DNA from: Eledone cirrhosa
Lineage: Eukaryota
Length of the DNA stretch: 64,000 nucleotides
Assembly (NCBI GenBank): GCA_964016885.1
Contig: OZ024742.1
Coordinates: forward strand, 294,066,001-294,130,000
Direction of reading: 5' to 3'
Shown piece by piece: positions 27,329 to 39,373 of this stretch; within the stretch, counting starts at the first letter, position 1; every line of letters starts with the position of its first letter. The translations under genes were made by a program, and so were the position numbers. The notes under the pieces were generated by a model, which was given only the letters and a program-made list of their open reading frames with translations, was not told the DNA's origin and ran no database searches.

Positions 27329-27598
27329 GTATATATATATCTATATATATATATTTATGGATTGTAATCTTCAGTTATTGTAGGTTCACCAGAGTGAGCA
27401 TTCGAAGTGTAGTTTCCAGTAGGTATATTTGTGTTGTACTAAGCAAAGTGTAATACTAATAATAATAAAATGGATGAAGTGTGACACGTGTTTTACGATT
27501 GATCAGCTCAAGGCTCGGTCTTTATCGATCTGACCCATCACACCTTAATAGATGTAATGACAATCCAACACTTCATCCTTTTTATTATTATTAGTATT

Positions 27599-27679
<81 letters not shown>

Positions 27680-27680
27680 G

Positions 27681-28075
27681 AAATGGAAACTATATTTATA
27701 AAACCATATTTATTTCATTATACATATTTCAGGGATACCACATTAAATTATGGTATGCCTTCATCAGACAAAATACAATATACAATATATAACAGTTTTA
27801 CAAATAGCTTTGACGTACCCTTTTAAAATACAACCATTAGTTTTGGAGGCTGTCTGGATAGTAAAACTGTTATATATTGTATTTTGTCTGATGAAGGCAT
27901 ACCATCATTTAATGTGGTATCCCTGAAATATGTATAATGAAATAAATATGGTTTTATAAATATAGTTTCCATTTATTAATATCGTATATCTACTCCAAAA
28001 ACTTGTCGAGTGCTTTATATCAGTTATAAAAATATTTACTTGTTGTATCCCAACAACTTTAAATAGAACTTTTTC
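27681..28075 (+). mobile_element. solo inverted pLTR pair of the family at 41609-45490
   Basis: Arms 27681-27801 and 27861-27974. Sequence closely matches 45280-45490. Flanked by (TA)n. Confidence 0.85.
27880..27944 (+). ncRNA. minimal type I hammerhead ribozyme
   Basis: TATTTTGT-CTGATGA-AGGCATACCAT...GTGGTATCCCT-GAAA-T-ATGT-A-TA-ATGAAATA. Stem I is 8 bp with two G-U pairs. Mirror copy on minus strand at about 27711-27775. Confidence 0.8.
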
Positions 28076-28194
28076 ATATATATATATATATATATATAAA
28101 TTTGCTCTACGGTTCTTATATATTTGATATATATTTATCCTTATCGAGCCCTCTTTGGATTTTAGTCTTCAAATTTATTAGTATTACTATATAT

Positions 28195-30217
28195 AAGTAA
28201 GGCAATCAAGTATATGAAGACGGGTAAGGCGGCTGGGCCTTCGGAAATAGTTGCTGAGATGCTGAAGGCATCTGGCTCGGTGGGACACACCTTGGTCACC
28301 CGGATAGTTAACCAAGTCGTACAGAATGGGGTTGTTCCGAAGGACTGGCATAGCAGCATCATCGTTAACTGTTATAAGGGTAAAGGAGATGCCCTAGATA
28401 GGAGTAACTATAGAGGCATTAAACTAATCGACCAGGTCATGAAGGTCACGGAAAAAGTAATAGCGCAACTAATCAGAGAGAGAATTGACCTAGATGAAAT
28501 GCAGTTCGGGTTTGTGTCAGGCAAAAGTACCACAGACGCTCTTTTCATTGTACGTCAACTACAGGAGAAGTACCTAGCTAAAGGTAAACCCCTCTACTTA
28601 GCTTTTGTCGACTTGGAGAAAGCCTTCGACAGAGTCCCCCGTTCCATTATCTGGTGGGCCCTTAGAAAACTAGGTGTCGACGAATGGCTTGTGAGAGCTA
28701 TACAAGCCATGTATAAAGAAACAGTGAGCAAGGTTAGAATTAACAACGAATATAGTGAAGAGTTTAGCGTAAAAGTTGGCGTCCATCAGGGCTCTGTTCT
28801 CAGCCCCCTACTATTTATTATTGCCCTTCAGGCTATAACAGAGGAGTTCAAGACCGGCTGCCCATGGGAACTCCTATACGCAGACGACCTGACACTCATA
28901 GCTGAATCAATGGCCGAGCTAGAGAAGAAATTCCAAACATGGAAGCACGGCCTAGAATCAAAAGGCCTTAAAATTAACCTGGCTAAGACTAAAGTTCTAG
29001 TTTGTAGGAAAGAAAATAAGGCGGCGGTCCCTTCCGGGAAATGGCCATGCTCAGTGTGTAGGAAAGGCATAGGTAGAAACTCCATTTTATGTCCCAAATG
29101 CAAAGTATGGGTGCATAAAAGATGTAGTGGGATCACAGGTAAGCTAACTAAGAACTTAGATTTTACATGTGGGCGGTGCTCTGGTGCAATAAGTAGCAGC
29201 GAGTGCCCACAAAATACTAACTCTTTCAATTGCGCAGAGGGCTCTATAGAAATAGTGGACAGCTTCCGTTACCTGGGTGACAAAATCAGCAGTGGGGGAG
29301 GGTGCTCCGAAAGTACAGTAGCTAGAGTCAGAACTGGATGGAAAAAGTTCAGAGAGCTTATACCACTATTAGCCGCTAAAGGGTTCTCCCTAAAAATGAA
29401 AGGCAGGTTGTATGATGCCTGCATACGAACAGCAATGTTGCATGGCAGTGAGACCTGGGCATTGTGCGCAGAGGATATACGCAGACTAGAGAGGAACGAA
29501 GCTTGCATGCTCCGCTGGATGTGTAATAGTAATATACGTGAACGGCAAAGCATAAACGAACTAAGGAAAAAATTAGAAATAAGAGGGATCAGATGTTGTT
29601 TACTCGAGAGAAGGCTACGTTGGTACGGACACGTGATGCGCATGAAAGTCGATAGCTGTATAACAAAGTGCAGGGCAATAAAGATAGACGGTAGCCACGG
29701 AATAGGCAGACCTAGAAAATCCTGGGACGAGCTGATAAACTCCGACCTCACACACTTACACCTCTCCAAGACAATGTCACTGGACCGAGACCTTTGGCGG
29801 TACTCAGTAATAGAGAAGACCCGCCTTACCTAAATACATAGTAAAACCTACTACAGCCAGTAGGCATCTCTAACAAAATACACTCCCGTCCCACCACCCA
29901 CACCCCATCCACACCACCCCCTCCTATGTAAAGTTATGTTGGTGCCACAACATCCAGGCCGAAACAAATGAGATCGTGGAGGTGTCACGACAAAAAAACA
30001 CACAGTCCACGCTGTAATGTGGCCATGTAGGCAACACGGTAAAAACCTCCCAGTCCCACACTGTAAATGTGGTTGGTGTTGGGAAGGGCATCCAACTGTA
30101 GAAAACCCGCCAGACAGTCCTATGCGAGCAAGACAATCACTCTTGCCTCAAGTGGGAATACCCCCGTCCAAACCCATGCAAGCGTGGAACACGGACGTTA
30201 AACGTTGATGATGATGA

Positions 30218-30220
<3 letters not shown>
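28195..30220 (+). mobile_element. RTE LINE insertion including 3' UTR and (GAT)n tail
   Basis: ORF plus ~370-bp 3' UTR ending GGACGTTAAACGTTGATGATGATG into (TA)n. Confidence 0.9.
28214..29833 (+). CDS. RTE-clade LINE reverse transcriptase ORF (5'-truncated, no APE domain), with PHD-like insert
   Basis: Uninterrupted 539 aa with NYRGI, QFGF, FVDLEKAFD, GVHQGSVLSP, LYADD, FRYLG and RRLRWYGHVMR...GRP. Confidence 0.93.
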   Translation: MKTGKAAGPSEIVAEMLKASGSVGHTLVTRIVNQVVQNGVVPKDWHSSIIVNCYKGKGDALDRSNYRGIKLIDQVMKVTEKVIAQLIRERIDLDEMQFGFVSGKSTTDALFIVRQLQEKYLAKGKPLYLAFVDLEKAFDRVPRSIIWWALRKLGVDEWLVRAIQAMYKETVSKVRINNEYSEEFSVKVGVHQGSVLSPLLFIIALQAITEEFKTGCPWELLYADDLTLIAESMAELEKKFQTWKHGLESKGLKINLAKTKVLVCRKENKAAVPSGKWPCSVCRKGIGRNSILCPKCKVWVHKRCSGITGKLTKNLDFTCGRCSGAISSSECPQNTNSFNCAEGSIEIVDSFRYLGDKISSGGGCSESTVARVRTGWKKFRELIPLLAAKGFSLKMKGRLYDACIRTAMLHGSETWALCAEDIRRLERNEACMLRWMCNSNIRERQSINELRKKLEIRGIRCCLLERRLRWYGHVMRMKVDSCITKCRAIKIDGSHGIGRPRKSWDELINSDLTHLHLSKTMSLDRDLWRYSVIEKTRLT

Positions 30221-30295
<75 letters not shown>

Positions 30296-30301
<6 letters not shown>

Positions 30302-30630
30302 ATGTAATAAACAACATAAGGCAATTATTCCATTTACCAGTGGTTTCTTAAAAGCAAAAGGTTTTGCTTTCAATCCTCAGAATGAAAAAATCCTGGTTTG
30401 TTTATTGAATTTGGATTTTAAAAACAAAATTTTTGTTTTTAAAATCCAAATTCAATAAACAAACCAGGATTTTTTCATTCTGAGGATTGAAAGCAAAACC
30501 TTTTGCTTTTAAGAAACCACTGGTAAATGGAATAATTGCCTTATGTTGTTTATTACATAATAATAATTAAGCTCTGTTACCTACATAGAGCACTCTTTTT
30601 TCCTGGACTTTTCCGACGGAATTACTTCAT
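30296..30630 (+). mobile_element. near-perfect ~270-bp palindromic hammerhead cassette
   Basis: 30296-30565 is self-complementary around about 30430. Unique tail to about 30630. (TA)n on both sides. Confidence 0.8.
30474..30531 (+). ncRNA. intact type I hammerhead ribozyme
   Basis: TTCATT-CTGAGGA-TTGAAAGCAAAA/CC/TTTTGCTTTTAA-GAAA-CC-ACT-GG-TA-AATGGA. Mirror copy on minus strand. Confidence 0.8.
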
Positions 30631-30642
30631 TTATATATATAT

Positions 30643-30886
30643 ATAGTCAAACTTAAACCATTTTATAACAGTTTAAGTTTGTCTGTAAGGCTTACATGGT
30701 TTAAATAATTAAATTATTCATACACACACTCACACACACATATATATATATATCTATACACACACATATATATATATATGTATATATGTATATATATATA
30801 TATATATGAATAATTTATTTATTTAAACCATGTAAGCCCTACAGTCAAACTTAAACTGTTATAAAATGGTTTAAGTTTAACTATAC
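30643..30886. repeat. inverted repeat pair around a (CA)/(TA) microsatellite
   Basis: About 30643-30722 is reverse complementary to about 30786-30885, and each arm is itself a hairpin. No ribozyme core seen. Confidence 0.65.
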
Positions 30887-31222
30887 AGCTTACATGCTTT
30901 TACATTATACCATTTTACAAAGTGCACTGGGTGCATCTTATCATGGCACCAGCAGTAACACTTTACAGAGTGTACTTGGTGCATTTTATTGTGGCACTAG
31001 CACTACAGAGAATACTATAACCATGGTAACATAAAATAAAAATAAAATAAAAATCTCATAAAAATGTTTCTTTTTGAATAGAAATTACCATTTTTAAAAT
31101 TCCACATTGGTCCTATCGGAGAGATATAAATAGATTTGATCAAAGTTTTAGTTTATGACTGGGAATTTTTTGACAAAATACACTGCTGTGAAGTAATCGG
31201 TGGTGCTGAAGTGGAGGGAGAA

Positions 31223-31284
<62 letters not shown>

Positions 31285-31336
31285 TGAGGAGTGAGTGGGA
31301 GAGAAAGTGGAAGAAAGAGTGGAAGAAAAACAGATA

Positions 31337-31390
<54 letters not shown>

Positions 31391-31593
31391 CCTTCTATCA
31401 AGCATATCTATCCAGCTCTCTCTCTATATATGTGTCTATCTATCTATCTATCTATCAATCTATCTATCTATCTATCTATCTATCTGTCTATTTATCTATC
31501 TATATATATTCATTTTATTAAGGCTGAATAGTGAGTCTTGTTAGTTTGGAGTTTCACCTGTTTATCATGGCATCATCAGACAAGAACATATGG

Positions 31594-31624
<31 letters not shown>

Positions 31625-32171
31625 CACACATATACATATACATATATATATAAACACATATACATACACACACACATATATATAGATATATATATACACA
31701 CATATATATATATATATAACCCATGCTAGCGTGGAAGATAGATGTTAAACGATGATAATGATGATGATATATATATCATCATCGTTTAACGTCCATATTC
31801 CACGCTTGCATGGGTTTGGACGGGAGTTTTCCCACTTGAGGCAAGATTGGTTGTCTTGCTCATATAGGACTGTCTGGCGGGTTTTCTACGGCTGGATGCC
31901 CTTCCTAACACCAACCACGTTTACAGTGTGGACTGGGAGGTTTTTACCGTGTTACCTACACGGCCACATTACAGCGTGGACTGTGTGTTTTCTTGTCGTG
32001 ACACCTACACGACCTCATTTGTTTCAGGCTGGATGTTGTGGTACCAACATAACTTTACATTGAAAGGGGTGGTGTGGATGGGGTGTGGGTAGTGGGACGG
32101 GGTGTATTTTGTTAGAGGTGCCTACTGAGTGTAGTAGGTTTCACTTTGTACTAAGGTAAATATATATATAT

Positions 32172-32677
32172 ATTAGAAAATAGAATAGCTTTCACCGTAT
32201 TTTTGACTAAAGGAATTTTAGCCTGATAATGGGGTTTAGAACCCTCAGATAAATGGAAAAAGATGAGTATTGACATACATGGGAGTCGAACCCACACCTT
32301 TGGTTATCGTGACCACTGTGCTACCATTACACCAACACATCACCCATCTCTTTCCATTCAAATTAGAAGCTACATACTTAGCGAGTTTAAATGGCAAGTA
32401 AGTATGTTTTGAAACAGTGAGCAGGTTTGAAATTAGAAAATGGTGATTAGAAAAGGGTGATTAGAAAAGGGTGATGTGTTGGTGTAATGGTAGCACAGTG
32501 GTTGCGATAACCAAAGATGTGGCTTTGACTCCCATGTACGTCAATACTCATCTTTTTCCATTTATCTGAGGGTTCTAAACCCCATTATCAGGCTAAAATT
32601 CTTTTAGTCAAAAATACGGTGAAAGCTATTCTATTTTCTAATTTCAAACTCGCTCACTGTTTCAAAACATAATTACT

Positions 32678-32753
<76 letters not shown>

Positions 32754-33010
32754 ATCTATATATATATATATCAAGTAAGTATATTTTGAAACAGTGAGCG
32801 AGTTTGAAAGTAGAAAATATATAGCTTTCACCGTATTTTTGACTAAAGGAATTTTAGCTTGATAACGGGGTTTAGAACCCTCAGATAAATGGAAAAAGAT
32901 GAGTATTGACGTACATGTACGTCAATACTCATCTTTTTCCATTTATCTGAGGGTTCTAAACCCCGTTATCAAGCTAAAATTCCTTTAGTCAAAAATACGG
33001 TGAAAGCTAT

Positions 33011-33021
<11 letters not shown>
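32172..33021. mobile_element. cluster of inverted, partially tandem copies of a tRNA-headed unit
   Basis: Minus copy 32172-32450, plus copy 32460-32680, (TA)n, then a palindromic pair 32770-33021 centred on GACGTACATGTACGTC. Confidence 0.7.
32272..32341 (-). pseudogene. tRNA-like (SINE-head) sequence
   Basis: Cloverleaf: D-arm GTGT-AATGGTA-GCAC, TGGT-CACGATA-ACCA, T-arm TGGG-TTCGACT-CCCA. Wobble-rich acceptor stem and no U33. Second copy on + at 32473-32542. Confidence 0.7.
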
Positions 33022-33039
<18 letters not shown>

Positions 33040-33041
<2 letters not shown>

Positions 33042-33440
33042 CCTTTCTGCCAGATGGTTGAACGTCCGAAAGTATATACTTTCCTTATGAAAATTAACGG
33101 CTGAGCAGCCTAATTTGCATATCGAGTGAGTTCAGTCGGCCATTTATCGTTTTCGGTGCGCCTGGCCGACTGAACTCACTTGATATGCAAATTAGGCTGC
33201 TCAGCCGTTAATTTTCATAAGGAAAGTATATACTTTCGGACGTTCAACCATCTGGCAGAAAGGTATACGGTGCTGATGATAGCTAATAAGCTTGAAACTA
33301 GTACATCGTTCCTGTGTCAGTGTTGAACAAAAAGGTGACGTGGTTGCCTAAACACTGTACGGCGTAATTCAGGCTGTTCGTTTGTTTACAAACGAACAAA
33401 CCGAGCATTATAATAAATGTTCGGTAAACTGATACGTGCA
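33040..33440 (+). mobile_element. fold-back cassette with downstream hammerhead
   Basis: Arms of about 100 bp (33040-33142 and 33163-33265) with one mismatch, followed by the ribozyme. (TA)n flanks. Confidence 0.75.
33267..33309 (+). ncRNA. intact minimal type I hammerhead ribozyme
   Basis: ACGGTG-CTGATGA-TAGCT/AATA/AGCTT-GAAA-C-TA-G-TA-CATCGT. Palindromic stem III (ACTAGT). Confidence 0.82.
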
Positions 33441-33583
33441 TATATATATATGTGCCTGTATGTATATATATACATGCTACTGTACGTCTGTATACATATA
33501 TGTATGTACGTATACATACATACTTACATTTAAGTAAGTGCCGTACTAAGAGTGAGAAATGAAATTTCGTTTCATTCTATTCC

Positions 33584-34075
<492 letters not shown>

Positions 34076-34581
34076 TATATATATATATACGAGAGAATAC
34101 ATGAAAAGAACATGTTTTTTCATTACAGGCTGTATGTTACCATCAGAGTGAAAGACATAAAAACTGCAAAAGGTATGGGAAATACATTATAATCAAACAG
34201 ATTAATAAAATGGAAAACGTACCTCCATAACTATGACACCTGTACAGTCCCATGGAGGGATTGTTTCACTAAAAGCTACAGGGAACAACGTGGGTCCTTT
34301 ACTCCATTGCTTCATTTGATATATATATATATTAGTTAAAAGTTAAAGTGTGCTCCAAGCCATCCCTGGTGCTTATTCCTGGTTTCATTTTTCCTTGACA
34401 TTAAGTGACTGAGAGCGCAAGACTTCCTCCTGGACAGGATGCCAGTCTATCACAGAGTTAACGACCAGTTACTGCTGGTAATCCTTTTCGGCTGAGTGTA
34501 TTGAAACAATGTGAAATGAAATATTTTGCTCTAAAACTCAACATGTCACCTGATCCAGAAATTGAACACAAGACATCATGC

Positions 34582-34642
<61 letters not shown>

Positions 34643-34945
34643 CTGTTGTTTTTACATGTTAATAAATGTTCATCTTGTTGCCATTGTTGTTGTACTGTTG
34701 TCAACACAACTAACTTAACAATAAACAGACCATGTTACCAACAATGACTGCCAGCCCTGCCCCAGCTGTGTATATTTGCAAGTATACAATATAAATGTCG
34801 TTGACATTAGGAAGGGCATCCAGCTATAGAAACAAAGCCAAAATCAGTTCTATATGAGCAAGACATGGTCATCTGACCTGGCTTGTCGCACAACAGGACA
34901 ACTCATCTAACCTATACTAGCATGGAAAAATGGATGTTAAATGGC

Positions 34946-34982
<37 letters not shown>

Positions 34983-35680
34983 GTTGTTACTGTTGATGTT
35001 GATGGTGGCAGAGCTGATGTTGGCGATAGTGTTGTTGTTGAAGACAATGGTGGGGTTTTAATAGGTGTGGCAACAGTCCTTCTGGCATTTCTTGTTTTTG
35101 TTGTGGCTAACTATTGACCACTAGCAGCAGATCCATTGAAAGGAGTATTCTTTCCGTATGAAAAGATTATATGTATATATATATATATATATGTATCAAT
35201 AAGAGGTGTCTGTCCAGAGATGTGAATTGTTGAAGCTTGTTGTAAAGCGAATTCTTAACCACATAGCCTTGCCCTATATAAAAATATAGTATTGAATGGA
35301 AACAACTTGTAGAAATTTCTGACTAATTTATCTTAGCTCTTTAGCATTTAGACTGGCTGCATCTGGTCATAATTCCCTCACCACTTTTTGTTTAAATAGG
35401 CTGTAACCGGCTGCTCATACTGATTTTAAGGTATTGTTCTCAAAATAGGTAATATCAAAATCTCATAGATTCAATATTATGTGAGATAATTATGTGAAGT
35501 AAAGCCTTTACTGTGAAAATACAATAGTATATATATAGTCATTTAAATGCTAAATGGTTAAACCTTAAGTATCTATAAGTATTTATCTTTCTTTTTTTAA
35601 AATTTATTTATAGGAATCTTATTATTTTGGAGCTGATATTGGAGACAACGAGAATCATTAATAAAGAAATAAACCCCAAA

Positions 35681-36002
35681 ATGCCTCCATTATTAACATC
35701 AACTGGACAAAATAACATTCTTTTCATCACTATTGTGATATATGGATTATTCTTAAGGACTGCAGTGTCTTTGCAAAGAAAGACAACACAAAATTTTTGT
35801 CCAGAAACATTTTCTGTTGTGAAGCAAACAGACTGTATGCCCTGTGACTTAACAACCTCAGAAATATGTCCGTATATAATTCCTTCTTCTAAGGAGAATT
35901 GCATAAACACTAATCTTGCCATTGATACCTGTCGTTGGTCTTGTCAATATAACATTACCAAAATGGTTTGCTGTGATGGATTTTGGGGAGAAAGCTGTCT
36001 AG
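35681..36002 (+). CDS. stabilin-like receptor, first coding exon (signal peptide + Cys-rich N-terminus)
   Basis: MPPLL...ILFITIVIYGLFLRTAVS hydrophobic leader, then TDCMPC...CP...CRWSC...CCDGFWGESCL, like the stabilin N-terminal region. AG acceptor at 35612-13. GTGAGT donor, phase 1. Confidence 0.8.
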
Positions 36003-36381
36003 GTGAGTCTTTATGCCTGTATGTTATTTCTTGGGTATTTGTTTATTATTTTCTCTCCGAACTCCACACTCACACACACATGTCCCATCCTCACACACAC
36101 ACATGCACATACCCATGCTCACACACACACACACACATGCACACACATCTTGCTCACACGCACATGCATATGCATGCACACATGCCCCATGCACACACAT
36201 GCATGTGTACACACACATGCATGCACATGCACACACATGTACATGTACACCCACACACACATGCATGTGCACACACACACATGCATGTGCACACACACAC
36301 ATGCTCTACACTTACACACACATGCATGCATTCACACACATGCACACACTCATTCTTTTTGCTTTGTTTGAGTTTTAACCT

Positions 36382-36474
<93 letters not shown>

Positions 36475-38357
36475 GGAGAGAGAGAACAAGGGAGAGAGAG
36501 ATTTTCTGACCACAACCCATAGTCAAGGATGAGAAGTTTTCTTGTTCTTTCTCCTGTTAAGATTCCTCCATACTGTTCATAACTGTCCTCCCTTTGTATC
36601 AAAGACTTTCCTAATAATTCTTGTTGATCCAATTAAACAACTTTTTTGTATTACATCCATTTCCAGACTCAAGTTTAACTTTTCAATGTTTACTTCCAAA
36701 TACTTTGTCACAGTTCTTAAGGCTCTAATAATGGTTTATAATTTAGGCTCAAGGCCAACAATTTAACCCTTTAGCATTTACCTTACTCTATATATACTAT
36801 TGTATTTTTGCAGTAAAGACTTTATCTCACATAATTATCTCATATAGTATCGTAACTACGAGGTTTTGATATTATTTATTTTTTAGAACAATACTGTAAC
36901 ACCAGTATGAGCGGCTAGTTACGACCAGTTTGAACAGAAAGAAGTGAGAGAATTCTGGCTGGATATGACTGGTTTAAATGCTAAAAGGTTAAGGGAAAGG
37001 GAAAATCAATCACATCTTCCCTCAGTGCTTGATTGGTACTTTATTTTATTGATCGCATAAGGATGAAAGACAAAGTTGACTTGACTTTGGCAGGATTTGA
37101 ACTCAGAATGCAAAGAGCTAGAATAAATACTTGAAGGTATTTCTTTTGATGCTCTAACAATCTTGCCAATCCTTTGCTTTTATTTTTTTCTATTTAATGA
37201 TACCCCAATGTAAAATATTAGCCAAAATAATATCAAAAACTTTATTCTAAAAAAATGTGGCTAATATCAAAACATTTTACATAGATTTAAAGTTAAAAAT
37301 AACTATTGAGTTTAGAAGAATTTTTCTCCCACTAGAAATAAACATTGAAATAAAAAATGGTATTTAACGGTGTCAGTCTGAGATTTCTCAAGGGGTTAAG
37401 AATTGGACTACTGGAATACGTTAAGTGGTATGAAAGAGGAAGTAATATGGAGATATTTTATTGACTCATACTTCAGAGAAGACAATACTATATGTAGAGG
37501 GGAGGTTAGCATAAGATATGTTGCAGGTGCAATATGTATTTTGGCTCTTTATCTAATAGTCTTGAAGTGTCTGCAGATTATAAGCAATGCCAGAGGTGGA
37601 TTAGCTATACAGGCACTTGAACAATACCAGTAGACGACTGGGCATTTGGGCAATGCTCATGGTCCATTGGGCTGGAAAAATTTTTTTTTTTTGTAAATAA
37701 CTGAAAAAATGTAATGGAAAAACAAAATTTGAAAGGAAATTGGAATGTCTTAGCTGAGTGGTGAAAGCATACATCTGGCCATTAACAGTCAGTTTGTCAG
37801 TGTTGCCTGGTTTTAAAACCTAGTTCACTTCTGGCAGCAAGTTCAAAGAATTTTGCTTTTATTATTTATTAGCAAATCATAAACAAGGGTTTATTATTTA
37901 TCTGCAAATTATAAACAAGTCTACTTAGGTTTTGTGTGAACTCAACATAGAATGATTGTGAATTTCTCCATAAAATGACTTCAATGTCCAAACAATAGTT
38001 TTCATTATTGATGAAAAGTGTCAACCAGGAACAGATTGGGTCTTAAAACTTACCCAGGCATCTCTGTGGCACTAACTGACTGTTGAGGGGCAGGGGTGTA
38101 TTTTTACTGCTCAGCTAAGATGCATTCCATTTTCATTTCAATATTTGCGCTATGATTTCAGTTTTTCGTAACATTTCTACAGTTTTTTTTTATCCAGCCT
38201 GCCTATAATCTTTACTAATACAATTTTAACTCTGAATACCAGAAAATCGGAGTTATTGATAAAATTTATAGAAAGGTTTCTAAGTGCAGATTTTATGTCT
38301 AATGAATCACAAATTTTTGACAATGATGACAGAAATAAATGTTTACCATTCAATTAA

Positions 38358-38578
38358 CCCCTTAGCATTTACATTACTCTGTATTTACTGTTATGTCTTC
38401 ACAGTAAAGGCTTTATCTCACATAATTATCTCACATAATATCGAATCTATACGATTTTGATGTTATTTATTTCGAGAACAATACCTTGACGTCAGTATAA
38501 GCAGCTGGTTACTGCCGATTTGAACAGAAACAGGTGAGAGAATTCTGGCTAGAGATGGCCGGTTTAAATGCTAAAGGG
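38358..38578 (+). mobile_element. piggyBac-type MITE (~220 bp)
   Basis: TTAA-CCC(C/T)TTAGCATTTA...TAAATGCTAAAGGG-TTAA. Further copies at about 24167-24378, 25600-25740, 35337-35561, 36763-36992, 38640-38852, 49580-49808 and 52819-53046. Confidence 0.8.
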
Positions 38579-39373
38579 TTAAACTAAATATTGGTGTGGC
38601 TGTGTTTGGAAGTTCACTTTGCAACCATATGGTTCTTGGCATTCACATTACTCTGTATTTACTGTTGTATTTTCACAATAAAGGCTTTATCTCAATTATC
38701 TCACATAATATCGAACCTATGAGAATTTGACATTATTTATTTTGAGAAAAATACCTTAATGTTGGTATGAGCAGCTCGTTATGACCAGTTTGAATAGAAA
38801 GAGGTTAGAGAACTCTGGCCAGATATGGCCGGTTTAAATGCTAAAGGGTTAATCCCCTTGCATGCTACCTTGGGTAAATGTTTTCAAAGCTAATAACTAA
38901 TTTTAAAAAATGGGAATTATTGTTTTTGTAAAACTAACCAGCAGGAGACCCAGGAGTAGACCCTGAGCAAGATGGTTGGATAACATCCATGAGCTTGGCT
39001 AGTCTTGCTAGGAGATCCAGCCGGATCAGTTGGAGATGGTTGCTTCTGACAGGACCCACTGGAAAGAGGTTTGAGGACTCTGCTCCATGACCTCTCAGGA
39101 ATTAATGGAAGAAGAAGAAGAAGAAAAAGAAAAAGAAGAAGAAGAAGAAGGAGAAGGAGGAGGAGGAGGAGGAGGAGGAGGAGAAGGAGGGAATTTTTGT
39201 TGTTGATATATAGCACTGGAGAGCCTTGATATGCCATGTTAGTCAAATGATCAAATGTTATCCATAAATCTAGAGCTGCAGATACGCCATAGCTCCACCT
39301 AGTTGAGGCACATATGACTCACTTCAACCTGTTGCTGTTTATTGAATGGATGTAATATTTTTTATAAGGCAAT

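Noticed and set aside
28828-29769. Antisense ORFs over the RTE and PLE ORFs
   Set aside because: Shadow frames of coding sequence with no independent motifs.
32272-32542. Functional tRNA genes
   Set aside because: Poor acceptor stem, no U33, second copy has a broken B box, and both are embedded in a repeat.
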